From assembly GCA_944372095.1 (NCBI GenBank), contig CALVYG010000047.1, positions 4,678 through 68,677 on the forward strand: DNA of 64,000 nt. Direction: 5' to 3'. This stretch comes from an uncultured Clostridia bacterium. GTDB taxonomy: Bacteria; Bacillota; Clostridia; Christensenellales; DTU072. Made by a program: the position numbers and the translations under genes. This document shows positions 23,204 through 33,090 of this stretch, in pieces. Within the stretch, counting starts at the first letter, position 1. Each line of letters opens with the position of its first letter. The notes beneath the pieces are model-generated. The model saw nothing but the letters and a program-made list of their open reading frames with translations. It was not told where the DNA came from and searched no databases.

Positions 23204-23237
23204 AAAAATGTAAAATCATAAAATAAGGAGTAGCTTT

Positions 23238-23489
23238 ATGAAAAGAATAGGAGTAGTTGGAATTGTTATAAAAGGCAACCGTTCCGTTGTCGGCGACATG
23301 CAAAAAGTATTAAGTGAATTTTCCGATATAATTATCGGCAGAATGGGAGTTCCTCGTAATGATTTAAGTTCAATAGCACTGATTGTCGAGGGCTCTTTGG
23401 AACGAGTTTCCGCGCTTACGGGAAAATTAGGAAAATTTGACCAATTATCTGTCAAATCCGCCATGACAGGGTTTGAAATAGAAGATTAA
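23238..23489 (+). CDS. TM1266-family small ACT-like regulator (family annotated as iron-only hydrogenase system regulator)
   Basis: 83 aa. The pattern IGVVGIVI...IIGRMGVP...IALIVEG...SALTGKLGK...VKSA matches my recollection of the TM1266/TIGR03959 family. SD AAGGAG lies upstream. Confidence 0.65.
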   Translation: MKRIGVVGIVIKGNRSVVGDMQKVLSEFSDIIIGRMGVPRNDLSSIALIVEGSLERVSALTGKLGKFDQLSVKSAMTGFEIED

Positions 23490-23520
23490 CATTTATATTA
23501 TTTTAGGAGAAAAGGTATTT

Positions 23521-24549
23521 ATGGCTAAGAAAAACAAAATTTCGGTAATTCTGACTTTGATTTTAATATTTGTCGTAACATTTTCGTTATTAACGGCCTG
23601 TAGCGACGACAACAGCGTAAGAGATAAAAATACAATATTACGTTTCAGCGCACCCGAAGGCACACCTGCATTAGCTATGCTCAGGTTAGTAGAGGACAAT
23701 AAAACGATTGACGGAACACAAATGGAATACGATGTAGTTAATCCGTCAAATATTGCGGTAGAGATGTCCGATAAGAAATCAGATATTGTCATTATGCCTG
23801 TTAACGCAGGAGCAAATCTTATCAGGCAAGGCGCAGAATATAAGTTAATAAGCATCGCGGTAAAAGGCAGTTTATTTATGGTCGGAACAACGGCAAACGG
23901 CGGAACAATTTCTATAAACGATATTAAAGGTAAAAAAATTGCATGCATAGGTCAAACCGGAGTCCCCGGATTGATTTTCAGATACGTTATGCAGAAAAAC
24001 AATATTTCTGTTTTAACTGACAACACAAGTAAACCTGACGCTTCAAAAAATGAAATTTTCGTTCAATATGTTGCTGACGGTAACGCTGCAAGAACGCTGC
24101 TTGCAGACAATCAGGTTGATTTTGCCGTTGTGGGGGAACCTGCGGCAACAGCTTTCAAAGCATCTCTCGGATGTAATGCCGAAATGGATATGCAAAAAGC
24201 TTATGCCGATTGTACGGGAAATACCGATAACTACCCGCAAGCAGGTTTATTCGTAAAAAACGAACTATCAAAAGATAAGGCATTTATTGACGCATTATTT
24301 GTAGCGCTTAAAAACAGTAAAAACTGGATTACGGCTAACCCTGCTTCCGTAACGGAATTTGCAAAAACCAAATTATACGAAAGCGCGGTTTTCCCTGCCG
24401 CAAGTATTCCGAGATGTGCAATAGATGCGGAAAAAATAACAGAAGACGGAAAAAACGAAGTCATAACATTCTTATCCGCTGTTGCAGGAAAAGACTCACA
24501 AGGGAATATCGTCAATTGGGCAGATTTAAAAAATCAATTATTTGCTTAA
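23521..24549 (+). CDS. ABC transporter substrate-binding lipoprotein, NMT1/THI5-like (NitT/TauT-type)
   Basis: Signal peptide with lipobox LLTAC, and an SBP-like sequence (VVGEPAATA, GQTGVPG). SD AGGAG lies upstream. Confidence 0.7.
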   Translation: MAKKNKISVILTLILIFVVTFSLLTACSDDNSVRDKNTILRFSAPEGTPALAMLRLVEDNKTIDGTQMEYDVVNPSNIAVEMSDKKSDIVIMPVNAGANLIRQGAEYKLISIAVKGSLFMVGTTANGGTISINDIKGKKIACIGQTGVPGLIFRYVMQKNNISVLTDNTSKPDASKNEIFVQYVADGNAARTLLADNQVDFAVVGEPAATAFKASLGCNAEMDMQKAYADCTGNTDNYPQAGLFVKNELSKDKAFIDALFVALKNSKNWITANPASVTEFAKTKLYESAVFPAASIPRCAIDAEKITEDGKNEVITFLSAVAGKDSQGNIVNWADLKNQLFA

Positions 24550-25332
24550 ATGAAAATAAAAAAAATCAATAAAAAACAATTAAATTCTTTTATAAGAAAT
24601 TTAATTTTCCCTATAATTGCCCTAACTATAATCCTATTATTTTGGGTTATAGTTTCGGCAATTAAAAACAATCCGCTGGTTTTACCGATGCCGGGGATTG
24701 TACTGAAAAGATTTTTTATATTAGGCAAAGAATATGCTTTCTGGAAAAGTGTAGGCGCAACAATTTTGCGTTCGTTAATTGCATTTTTAATTTCTTTTAT
24801 CTTTGCATTATCCGTTGCCATTTTATCGGGATTAGTTAAAAATTTTAATAAAATTATATCCCCGATTGTCGCATTTTTGCGGGCAGCTCCGACAGTAGCG
24901 GTAATATTAATTATTTACGCATTTATGTCCACCGATATTATGACAATTGTTGTCGGTTTTCTGATAGCGTTTCCTATAATGTATTCCTCATTTTACACTT
25001 CAATATCGGAAATAGACGAAAACTTAAAATTAATGGCTAAAATTTATAAAGTAAATTTTTTCAGAAGAATTTTTAATATTTATATATTATCGATTTCCGG
25101 AAATATTTTCGATACATCAAAAGCAACATTATCTTTAACAATTAAAATTGTTATCGCTGCCGAAATTTTAACCAGCGTTTCGCCAGGTATAGGAGGAAAA
25201 ATTCAAACAGCGTATGCCTCATTCGAAATTGAATACCTTCTTGCCTGGACGCTTTTGGCAATAGTGTTAAGCTTTGTTTCCGAATTTTTCATCGGTTCAC
25301 TTAAAAAATTAGTTATAAGGTGGGAAAAATGA
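24550..25332 (+). CDS. ABC transporter permease (BPD_transp_1, NitT/TauT-type)
   Basis: 260 aa with 6 TM segments and an EAA-like loop region (MAKIYKVNFFRRIFNIYILS). It is translationally abutted to the SBP gene. Confidence 0.8.
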   Translation: MKIKKINKKQLNSFIRNLIFPIIALTIILLFWVIVSAIKNNPLVLPMPGIVLKRFFILGKEYAFWKSVGATILRSLIAFLISFIFALSVAILSGLVKNFNKIISPIVAFLRAAPTVAVILIIYAFMSTDIMTIVVGFLIAFPIMYSSFYTSISEIDENLKLMAKIYKVNFFRRIFNIYILSISGNIFDTSKATLSLTIKIVIAAEILTSVSPGIGGKIQTAYASFEIEYLLAWTLLAIVLSFVSEFFIGSLKKLVIRWEK

Positions 25333-26009
25333 AACTTACAGATATATCGTTAAATTATGGAGAAAAAAAAGTTTACGAAAATTTTTCTGTTGAAATTCCG
25401 GACAGAAAAATTACATGTATCATGGGTGCATCCGGGTGCGGAAAAACATCTTTGCTTAATATAATCACAAACATTGTGGTATATCATGGTACTGTTGAGA
25501 AAGAATCTGACAGAATAAGTTATATTTTTCAAATGCCTGTATTATTAAAACACCTTACAGTTAAAAAAAATATTGAATTTGTTATTAAAAATCAAATAAA
25601 AAATAAAATTGAAAGAGAAAAATTTATAGACGATATTCTGAAAAAAGTTGAACTAATAAATGAAAAAGACAAATATCCTTGTTCTTTAAGCGGAGGAATG
25701 GCTCAAAGGCTATCTCTTGCAAGGGCTTTTGCCTACGATTCAGATATCCTTTTAATGGATGAACCTTTTAAGGGTCTGGATATCTCTTTGAAAAAAAGAA
25801 TTATAAATTTATTCAAAGAACTATATCTCACATATAAGAAAACAACCGTACTCGTTACTCATGATTTAGATGAAGCCATTCTTCTTGCAGATAAAATAAT
25901 TATTTTAGGGAACAATACAATACTTTACGAAAAAAACTTACCCGAAAAACCCAACCGTACTTTATCGGATTTTCCCGAAATTAAAAACGAAATGTTTGAA
26001 ATTTTATAA
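25329..26009 (+). CDS. ABC transporter ATP-binding protein
   Basis: Walker A GASGCGKTS, signature LSGGMAQR, Walker B ILLMDEPF and H-loop VTHD. SD AAGGTGG is 6 nt before ATG 25329. Confidence 0.85.
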   Translation: MKLTDISLNYGEKKVYENFSVEIPDRKITCIMGASGCGKTSLLNIITNIVVYHGTVEKESDRISYIFQMPVLLKHLTVKKNIEFVIKNQIKNKIEREKFIDDILKKVELINEKDKYPCSLSGGMAQRLSLARAFAYDSDILLMDEPFKGLDISLKKRIINLFKELYLTYKKTTVLVTHDLDEAILLADKIIILGNNTILYEKNLPEKPNRTLSDFPEIKNEMFEIL

Positions 26010-26034
26010 TATACAAGATTATTTAACTATTAAG

Positions 26035-26063
26035 TTGACTATCTTTTTTTTTTTTAATATAAT
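26035..26063 (+). promoter_or_regulatory. Near-consensus sigma-A promoter abutting the ruvC start codon
   Basis: TTGACT (26035-40), a 17-nt spacer containing a T12 run, TATAAT (26058-63), then 7 nt to ATG 26071. Confidence 0.6.
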
Positions 26064-26070
26064 ACATTTT

Positions 26071-26565
26071 ATGATAATATTGGGCATAGACCCCGGATAC
26101 GGAACAGTCGGTTTCGGCGTTATCGAATCTTACGGAAGTAACAGAATACACCCGATAGAATACGGCGTCATTCAGACGCCAAAGGAAGATTCACTGCCGA
26201 AAAGATTGAAAGTTATTGCCGACAGCTTTGACTATTTAATAGATAAACATAAGCCTGAAGCAATAGCAATAGAAGAACTTTTTTTTCAAAATAACCAAAA
26301 AACAGTCATTGCCGTTGCCGAGGCTCGCGGAGCAATTCTGCTTACGGTTTATAATAAATGTAAAAAATTATACGAATATACTCCAATGCAAATAAAACAA
26401 GCATTAACGGGATATGGTCGTGCAGAAAAAAAACAAATTCAATATATGGTTAAAGTTTTACTGAAGCTTGATTCCGTTCCAAAACCTGACGATGCGGCAG
26501 ATGCTCTGGCTGTTGCCATTACACATGCTCAGGTAAGCCGTACGGCAGACGTTTTCGGTATATAG
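26071..26565 (+). CDS. ruvC: Crossover junction endodeoxyribonuclease RuvC
   Basis: MIILGIDPGYGTVGFG N-terminus (catalytic Asp) and C-terminal DAADALAVAITH. The track start at 25996 adds a non-homologous 25-aa extension. Confidence 0.9.
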   Translation: MIILGIDPGYGTVGFGVIESYGSNRIHPIEYGVIQTPKEDSLPKRLKVIADSFDYLIDKHKPEAIAIEELFFQNNQKTVIAVAEARGAILLTVYNKCKKLYEYTPMQIKQALTGYGRAEKKQIQYMVKVLLKLDSVPKPDDAADALAVAITHAQVSRTADVFGI

Positions 26566-26574
26566 GAGAACAAC

Positions 26575-27177
26575 ATGATTGGATATATTAAGGGACAGGT
26601 AGCTGAAAAAGGCGAAGGTTATGTGATACTTGACAATGGCGGAATCGGTTACGAAATTTTTATCAGCTCAGCTACCGTAACTCAAATTGGCTCACAGTCT
26701 TTCGTTCATCTTTATACCTATTTAAATGTAAGAGAAGACGGATTGTTTTTATACGGATTTTATACAAAAGAAGAAAAAAATATGTTTCTGAAACTTATAA
26801 CCATAAGCGGAGTAGGACCTAAGGCCGCTATAAGTATACTTTCCGGCATAGAACTAAATAAACTTATGGTTGCAATTATTAACAAAGATATTAAGACTCT
26901 ATCAAAAGTTAAAGGTATAGGCAAAAAAACAGCCGAACGTATTATACTTGAACTTAAAGAAAATCTGGATGCGGCAATTGACGCATCTCTCGAAGAAAAA
27001 TTGGAAGAATTTGCAGAAGACAAAAATGAAACCGACAGCGATATGCAAGACGCAATATATGCATTACGTGGACTTGGATTTACCCAATCGGAAGCTCTTC
27101 AAGCTGTAAAAAAAGCCAGACCGAATGCAAAGGATTTGCAAGAACTTATAGCTTTGGCATTAAGAAGCCTGAATTGA
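26575..27177 (+). CDS. ruvA: Holliday junction DNA helicase RuvA
   Basis: MIGYIKG..., HhH motifs (ISGVGPKAA, VKGIGKKTAERI) and a C-terminal domain III. Confidence 0.9.
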   Translation: MIGYIKGQVAEKGEGYVILDNGGIGYEIFISSATVTQIGSQSFVHLYTYLNVREDGLFLYGFYTKEEKNMFLKLITISGVGPKAAISILSGIELNKLMVAIINKDIKTLSKVKGIGKKTAERIILELKENLDAAIDASLEEKLEEFAEDKNETDSDMQDAIYALRGLGFTQSEALQAVKKARPNAKDLQELIALALRSLN

Positions 27178-27192
27178 TTGAGGAAAATATAA

Positions 27193-28283
27193 ATGGCAGA
27201 AGAATATTCGTTTATCAAATCTACAACTTATAATCCTTCCGATATAAAAGAGGAGAGAATTATCACATCCGAAAGGCTGGATTTTGACGATGCCGAAAAT
27301 GTTTTGCGTCCTAAAAAATTAGAAGATTATGTAGGACAAAACAAAGTAAAAGAAAACCTGAAGGTATTTATGCATTCTGCGCAAAAGCGTAAAGAAACGC
27401 TTGACCATGTTCTTCTATACGGACCGCCCGGATTGGGTAAAACAACGCTCAGTCATATAATAGCATCGGAAATGCATGCCTCAATCCGTGCAACAACCGG
27501 TCCTGCAATTGAAAGAGCGGGAGACCTTGCCGCTATTTTAACCAATATGCAAAAAGGCGATGTTTTGTTTATAGACGAAATTCACAGACTAAATCCCACA
27601 GTCGAAGAAATCTTATATTCAGCGATGGAAGACAGCGCTTTGGATATCGTTACAGGGAAAGGACCGAGTGCAAGGACAATGCGTATACCTATTGAACCTT
27701 TTACTCTTGTCGGCGCAACAACAAAAGCAGGTATGCTCAGTGCTCCTTTACGCGACAGATTCGGAGTAATTTGTCGTTTGGAGATGTATACGAAAGAAGA
27801 ACTTGCACAAATTATCAATCGTTCTGCAAAAATTTTAAATATAGATATTAAAAGAGATGCTGCGGAAGAAATTGCAAGAAGGTCAAGAGGAACACCGAGA
27901 ATAGCAAACCGACTTTTAAGAAGAGTAAGAGATTTTACTGAATACGACAATATGGACACTATAACACTAACGCAATCCAAAAAAGCTTTGAAATTACTTG
28001 AAATCGATGAGTTAGGATTGGACAAAACCGACGCAGGAATAGTTAAAACAATTATAGAAAAGTTTTCCGGAGGTCCTGTCGGACTTGACACACTCGCTGC
28101 CGCAAGCGGAGAAGACTCCAATACGATTGAAGACGTTTATGAACCGTATTTGTTGCAACTCGGATTCATTGCAAGAACTCCTCGCGGAAGGGTATGTACA
28201 CCGAGTGCGTATAAACACTTCGGATATAATAAAATCGAGTTAAGCAATAACGGTCTTTTTACCGATGAAAACGGAGACATAAT

Positions 28284-28290
<7 letters not shown>
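27193..28290 (+). CDS. ruvB: Holliday junction DNA helicase RuvB
   Basis: [12 protein letters not shown], Walker [10 protein letters not shown], Walker [10 protein letters not shown] and [16 protein letters not shown]. Confidence 0.95.
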
Positions 28291-30424
<2,134 letters not shown>

Positions 30425-30444
30425 GGAAAAAGCGCGTTAAATGC

Positions 30445-30473
30445 TTGCAAAAAAGGGAACAATAGTGTATCAT
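30445..30473 (+). promoter_or_regulatory. Candidate sigma-A promoter for yajC
   Basis: TTGCAA (30445-50), 17 nt, TATCAT (30468-73). Confidence 0.4.
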
Positions 30474-30504
30474 AAATCTAAGTTTACAAAAAGGAGATTT
30501 TGAA

Positions 30505-30819
30505 ATGAGCAATTTATTTCTTGCGTGGAACAGCGCTTATACGATGTATATCATTCTCGGCGTTTTTCTCGTATTGATGGTCGTTATGACAATTATTCCT
30601 CAAAGAAAACAGAAAAAGAAACAAGAGGAAATGATGAATTCTATTCAAATTGGAGATAAAATTATGACTATCGGCGGATTTGTCGGAACGATAGTTGAAT
30701 ATGACCCGGGAACGGACCAATATGTTATCAATGTCGGTTCCGAAGAAAATCCGACGCATGTTACGATTGTAAAAAATGCAATCCGTACCAAAATGGACGG
30801 AAGTACTGTTACAAAATAA
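30505..30819 (+). CDS. yajC: Preprotein translocase subunit YajC
   Basis: 104 aa with a single N-terminal TM segment, then QIGDKIMTIGGFVGTIVE. SD AAGGAG lies upstream. Confidence 0.85.
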   Translation: MSNLFLAWNSAYTMYIILGVFLVLMVVMTIIPQRKQKKKQEEMMNSIQIGDKIMTIGGFVGTIVEYDPGTDQYVINVGSEENPTHVTIVKNAIRTKMDGSTVTK

Positions 30820-30837
30820 GCAATAAAATTTTATTTG

Positions 30838-30868
30838 AAAATCACCGACAAATTGTCGGTGATTTTCT
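30838..30868. terminator. Bidirectional rho-independent terminator
   Basis: ATCACCGACA (30841-50) pairs with TGTCGGTGAT (30854-63) around a 3-nt loop. It is flanked by GAAA upstream and TTTTCT downstream. Confidence 0.75.
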
Positions 30869-30881
30869 GTTATTTGGCATA

Positions 30882-31280
30882 TTAAGCAGACTTTCGTCCG
30901 ATATTAACACAAATTATTCCGCAAATTGCGCCTATAACCGCTCCCAGTCCTATATCGAGAGCTATTCCCCAAGAGAAATCAAAACTCTTATTTATTAAAG
31001 CGAATATCAATATTGTACCGAGAGAGTATATCAATCCTGACAGTAAACCTTTAACTATTCCGCCTTTTTTTTCTTTAATACCGAAGAAACAACCGATAAA
31101 GATTGCAAGTATTTTAATAATTTGATTTATGACCGTAACAATTTTATCATTTACCGGAACAAAATTTAGAACGGTTGCAAAAATTAAAATAAAAATTGCA
31201 CCTACAAGAATAGATATTAAAGCGCTTTTAAGTACATCTGTTATAAAGAACTTTTTAGCAGGAGATTTAACCATAGACAC
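30882..31280 (-). CDS. Small four-TM membrane protein of unknown function
   Basis: 132 aa with four hydrophobic segments and Gly-rich helices. It may belong to the TIGR04086-type family, but this is from memory and unverified. Confidence 0.4.
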   Translation of the reverse strand: MSMVKSPAKKFFITDVLKSALISILVGAIFILIFATVLNFVPVNDKIVTVINQIIKILAIFIGCFFGIKEKKGGIVKGLLSGLIYSLGTILIFALINKSFDFSWGIALDIGLGAVIGAICGIICVNIGRKSA

Positions 31281-31351
31281 CTCTGAATAAATTTTTACTA
31301 CATTATATTGAGATAAATTACAGAATATTACCGAAAATTTCTTGAAATCTA

Positions 31352-31381
31352 TTGCCTTATTTTCATCTTTTGTATTATAAT
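31352..31381 (+). promoter_or_regulatory. Candidate sigma-A promoter for the SCIFF operon
   Basis: TTGCCT (31352-57), 18 nt, TATAAT (31376-81). Confidence 0.4.
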
Positions 31382-31430
31382 ATTAAATATAAATTTATTA
31401 ATTATACTATCGTACGGAGGAATATTGAAT

Positions 31431-31601
31431 ATGAAACATATAACCAAATTGTTTACCAAATCACTTTGCAAAAAGCATGAAACCGGTTGCGGAGAATGTC
31501 AATCAAGCTGTCAATCCGCATGCAAAACAAGTTGCACCGTCGGAAACCAATCCTGTAAACAAGAAGAAAAAATAAACATTACGAAAAAGGAAAATATTTA
31601 A
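31431..31601 (+). CDS. scfA: SCIFF (six-cysteines-in-forty-five) ranthipeptide precursor, 56 aa; absent from the ORF track because it is under 60 aa
   Basis: My translation is MKHITKLFTKSLCKKHETGCGECQSSCQSACKTSCTVGNQSCKQEEKINITKKENI. The core GCGECQxSCQSACKTSCTVGNQxC matches the SCIFF signature. SD GGAGG is 10 nt upstream. The stop is 6 nt before the maturase ATG. Confidence 0.85.
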   Translation: MKHITKLFTKSLCKKHETGCGECQSSCQSACKTSCTVGNQSCKQEEKINITKKENI

Positions 31602-31607
31602 TTTAAT

Positions 31608-32963
31608 ATGGTACATACTTTTAAATTCCCTTATGAAAATAAAATGTATTATTTTCTATGGGACGTTGAAAGCGGCAGTCTGCTACAAGTAGACAAAGTC
31701 GCTTTTTTGTGCGCGAAAAAAAAATTTAATAAAGAGCTTACAGATGGCGAAGTAAAAGAAATTTCCTCAATAGACAGCAGCATAATTGAAGAAATTTTTG
31801 CCGAATATGATGAATTAGAAAAAGAAGGTGCACTGAATTCGCTCCCTCTTGTAAAAACTTTCAAAAAAAATGCAGAAGAAATAAAGGCATTATGTTTACA
31901 TGTTTGCCACGATTGCAATCTTAATTGCTCATATTGTTTTGCCGGAGGCGGAACATACAACACCGAAAAAGATTATATGTCGCCCGAAGTAGGAAAAAAA
32001 GCAGTGGATTTGCTTTTGGCAAAATCGGGTAAGAGGAAAAATCTTGAAATAGACTTTTTCGGGGGAGAACCTTTACTGAATATGGAAACCGTAAAAACGG
32101 TAGTCGATTACGGTAACCAAAAAGCAGCAGAAATAGGCAAAACAATAAGTTTTACAATGACGACAAATTGTCTGCTGTTAAACGATGAAAATATAGAATA
32201 CCTTAATAAAACAATGGATAATGTAGTTTTAAGTATTGACGGAAGAGAATCGGTACATAATGCTACACGAAAATCTAAAAACGGGAAAGCAAGCTATGAA
32301 ATCATACTGCGGAATGCACAAAAATTCCGTGCCGTAAGGGGAAACAAAAAATATTATGTGCGCGCAACTTTTACAGCAGGCAATCTTGATTTTTCAAATG
32401 ATATACTGGCATTAAACGATGCAGGATTTGACCAGATTTCCGTTGAACCCGTTGTACTTCCGGACGATAATCCTTTGGCTCTGAAAAAAGATATGCTAAA
32501 CAAAATATTCGCCGAATACGAGCGTTTCACTTGCGAATATATTAATCGTAGAAAAAACGGAAAATTTTTCAATTTCTTTCATTTTCTTATCGACCTCGAA
32601 CACGGCGCATGTCAAAATAAACGTCTTACAGGATGTGGAGCAGGCACTGAATATCTTGCCGTTTCTCCTCAAGGAGATATATTCCCTTGTCATCAGTTTG
32701 TCGGGAAAAATGAATTTTTAATCGGAAACGTATTTACAGGTATCCATAATCAAAATATAAGAGAACAATTCTCACATTTATGTGTATTAAACAAACCGCA
32801 TTGCCAAGAATGTTTTGCAAAATATAATTGTAGCGGAGGATGTACGGCTAACTCCTTTAATTTTACCGGAACATTAGACGGACAATACGAAATAGGCTGT
32901 GAATTGGCAAAAAAAAGACTCGAATGTGCTTTAACCGTTGCAGCAATTGAAAAGCAATTATAG
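31608..32963 (+). CDS. scfB: SCIFF radical-SAM/SPASM thioether-forming maturase
   Basis: 451 aa with the CNLNCSYC radical-SAM cluster motif and C-terminal SPASM cysteines (CGAG...C, CQEC...CSGGC). It lies immediately downstream of the SCIFF peptide gene. Confidence 0.9.
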   Translation: MVHTFKFPYENKMYYFLWDVESGSLLQVDKVAFLCAKKKFNKELTDGEVKEISSIDSSIIEEIFAEYDELEKEGALNSLPLVKTFKKNAEEIKALCLHVCHDCNLNCSYCFAGGGTYNTEKDYMSPEVGKKAVDLLLAKSGKRKNLEIDFFGGEPLLNMETVKTVVDYGNQKAAEIGKTISFTMTTNCLLLNDENIEYLNKTMDNVVLSIDGRESVHNATRKSKNGKASYEIILRNAQKFRAVRGNKKYYVRATFTAGNLDFSNDILALNDAGFDQISVEPVVLPDDNPLALKKDMLNKIFAEYERFTCEYINRRKNGKFFNFFHFLIDLEHGACQNKRLTGCGAGTEYLAVSPQGDIFPCHQFVGKNEFLIGNVFTGIHNQNIREQFSHLCVLNKPHCQECFAKYNCSGGCTANSFNFTGTLDGQYEIGCELAKKRLECALTVAAIEKQL

Positions 32964-33029
32964 TGCCTTTTCTGCCCATTTTCTAATCAATATATATATT
33001 TATATATTTTATAATAAAATAAATATCAG

Positions 33030-33058
33030 TTGACATATTTTTCCTTATTGGGTATAAT
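33030..33058 (+). promoter_or_regulatory. Consensus sigma-A promoter of secDF-recJ-relA
   Basis: TTGACA (33030-35), 17 nt, TATAAT (33053-58), preceded by a very AT-rich UP-like stretch. Confidence 0.7.
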
Positions 33059-33090
33059 AATCAAGATACTGATGTTTGGAGGCAAACGGA

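Noticed and set aside
25996-26070. Upstream TTG extension of ruvC overlapping the ABC ATPase gene.
   Set aside because: The extension (MKFYNIQDYLTIKLTIFFFFNIIHF) reads through the promoter and the T12 tract. It is not part of the conserved RuvC N-terminus.
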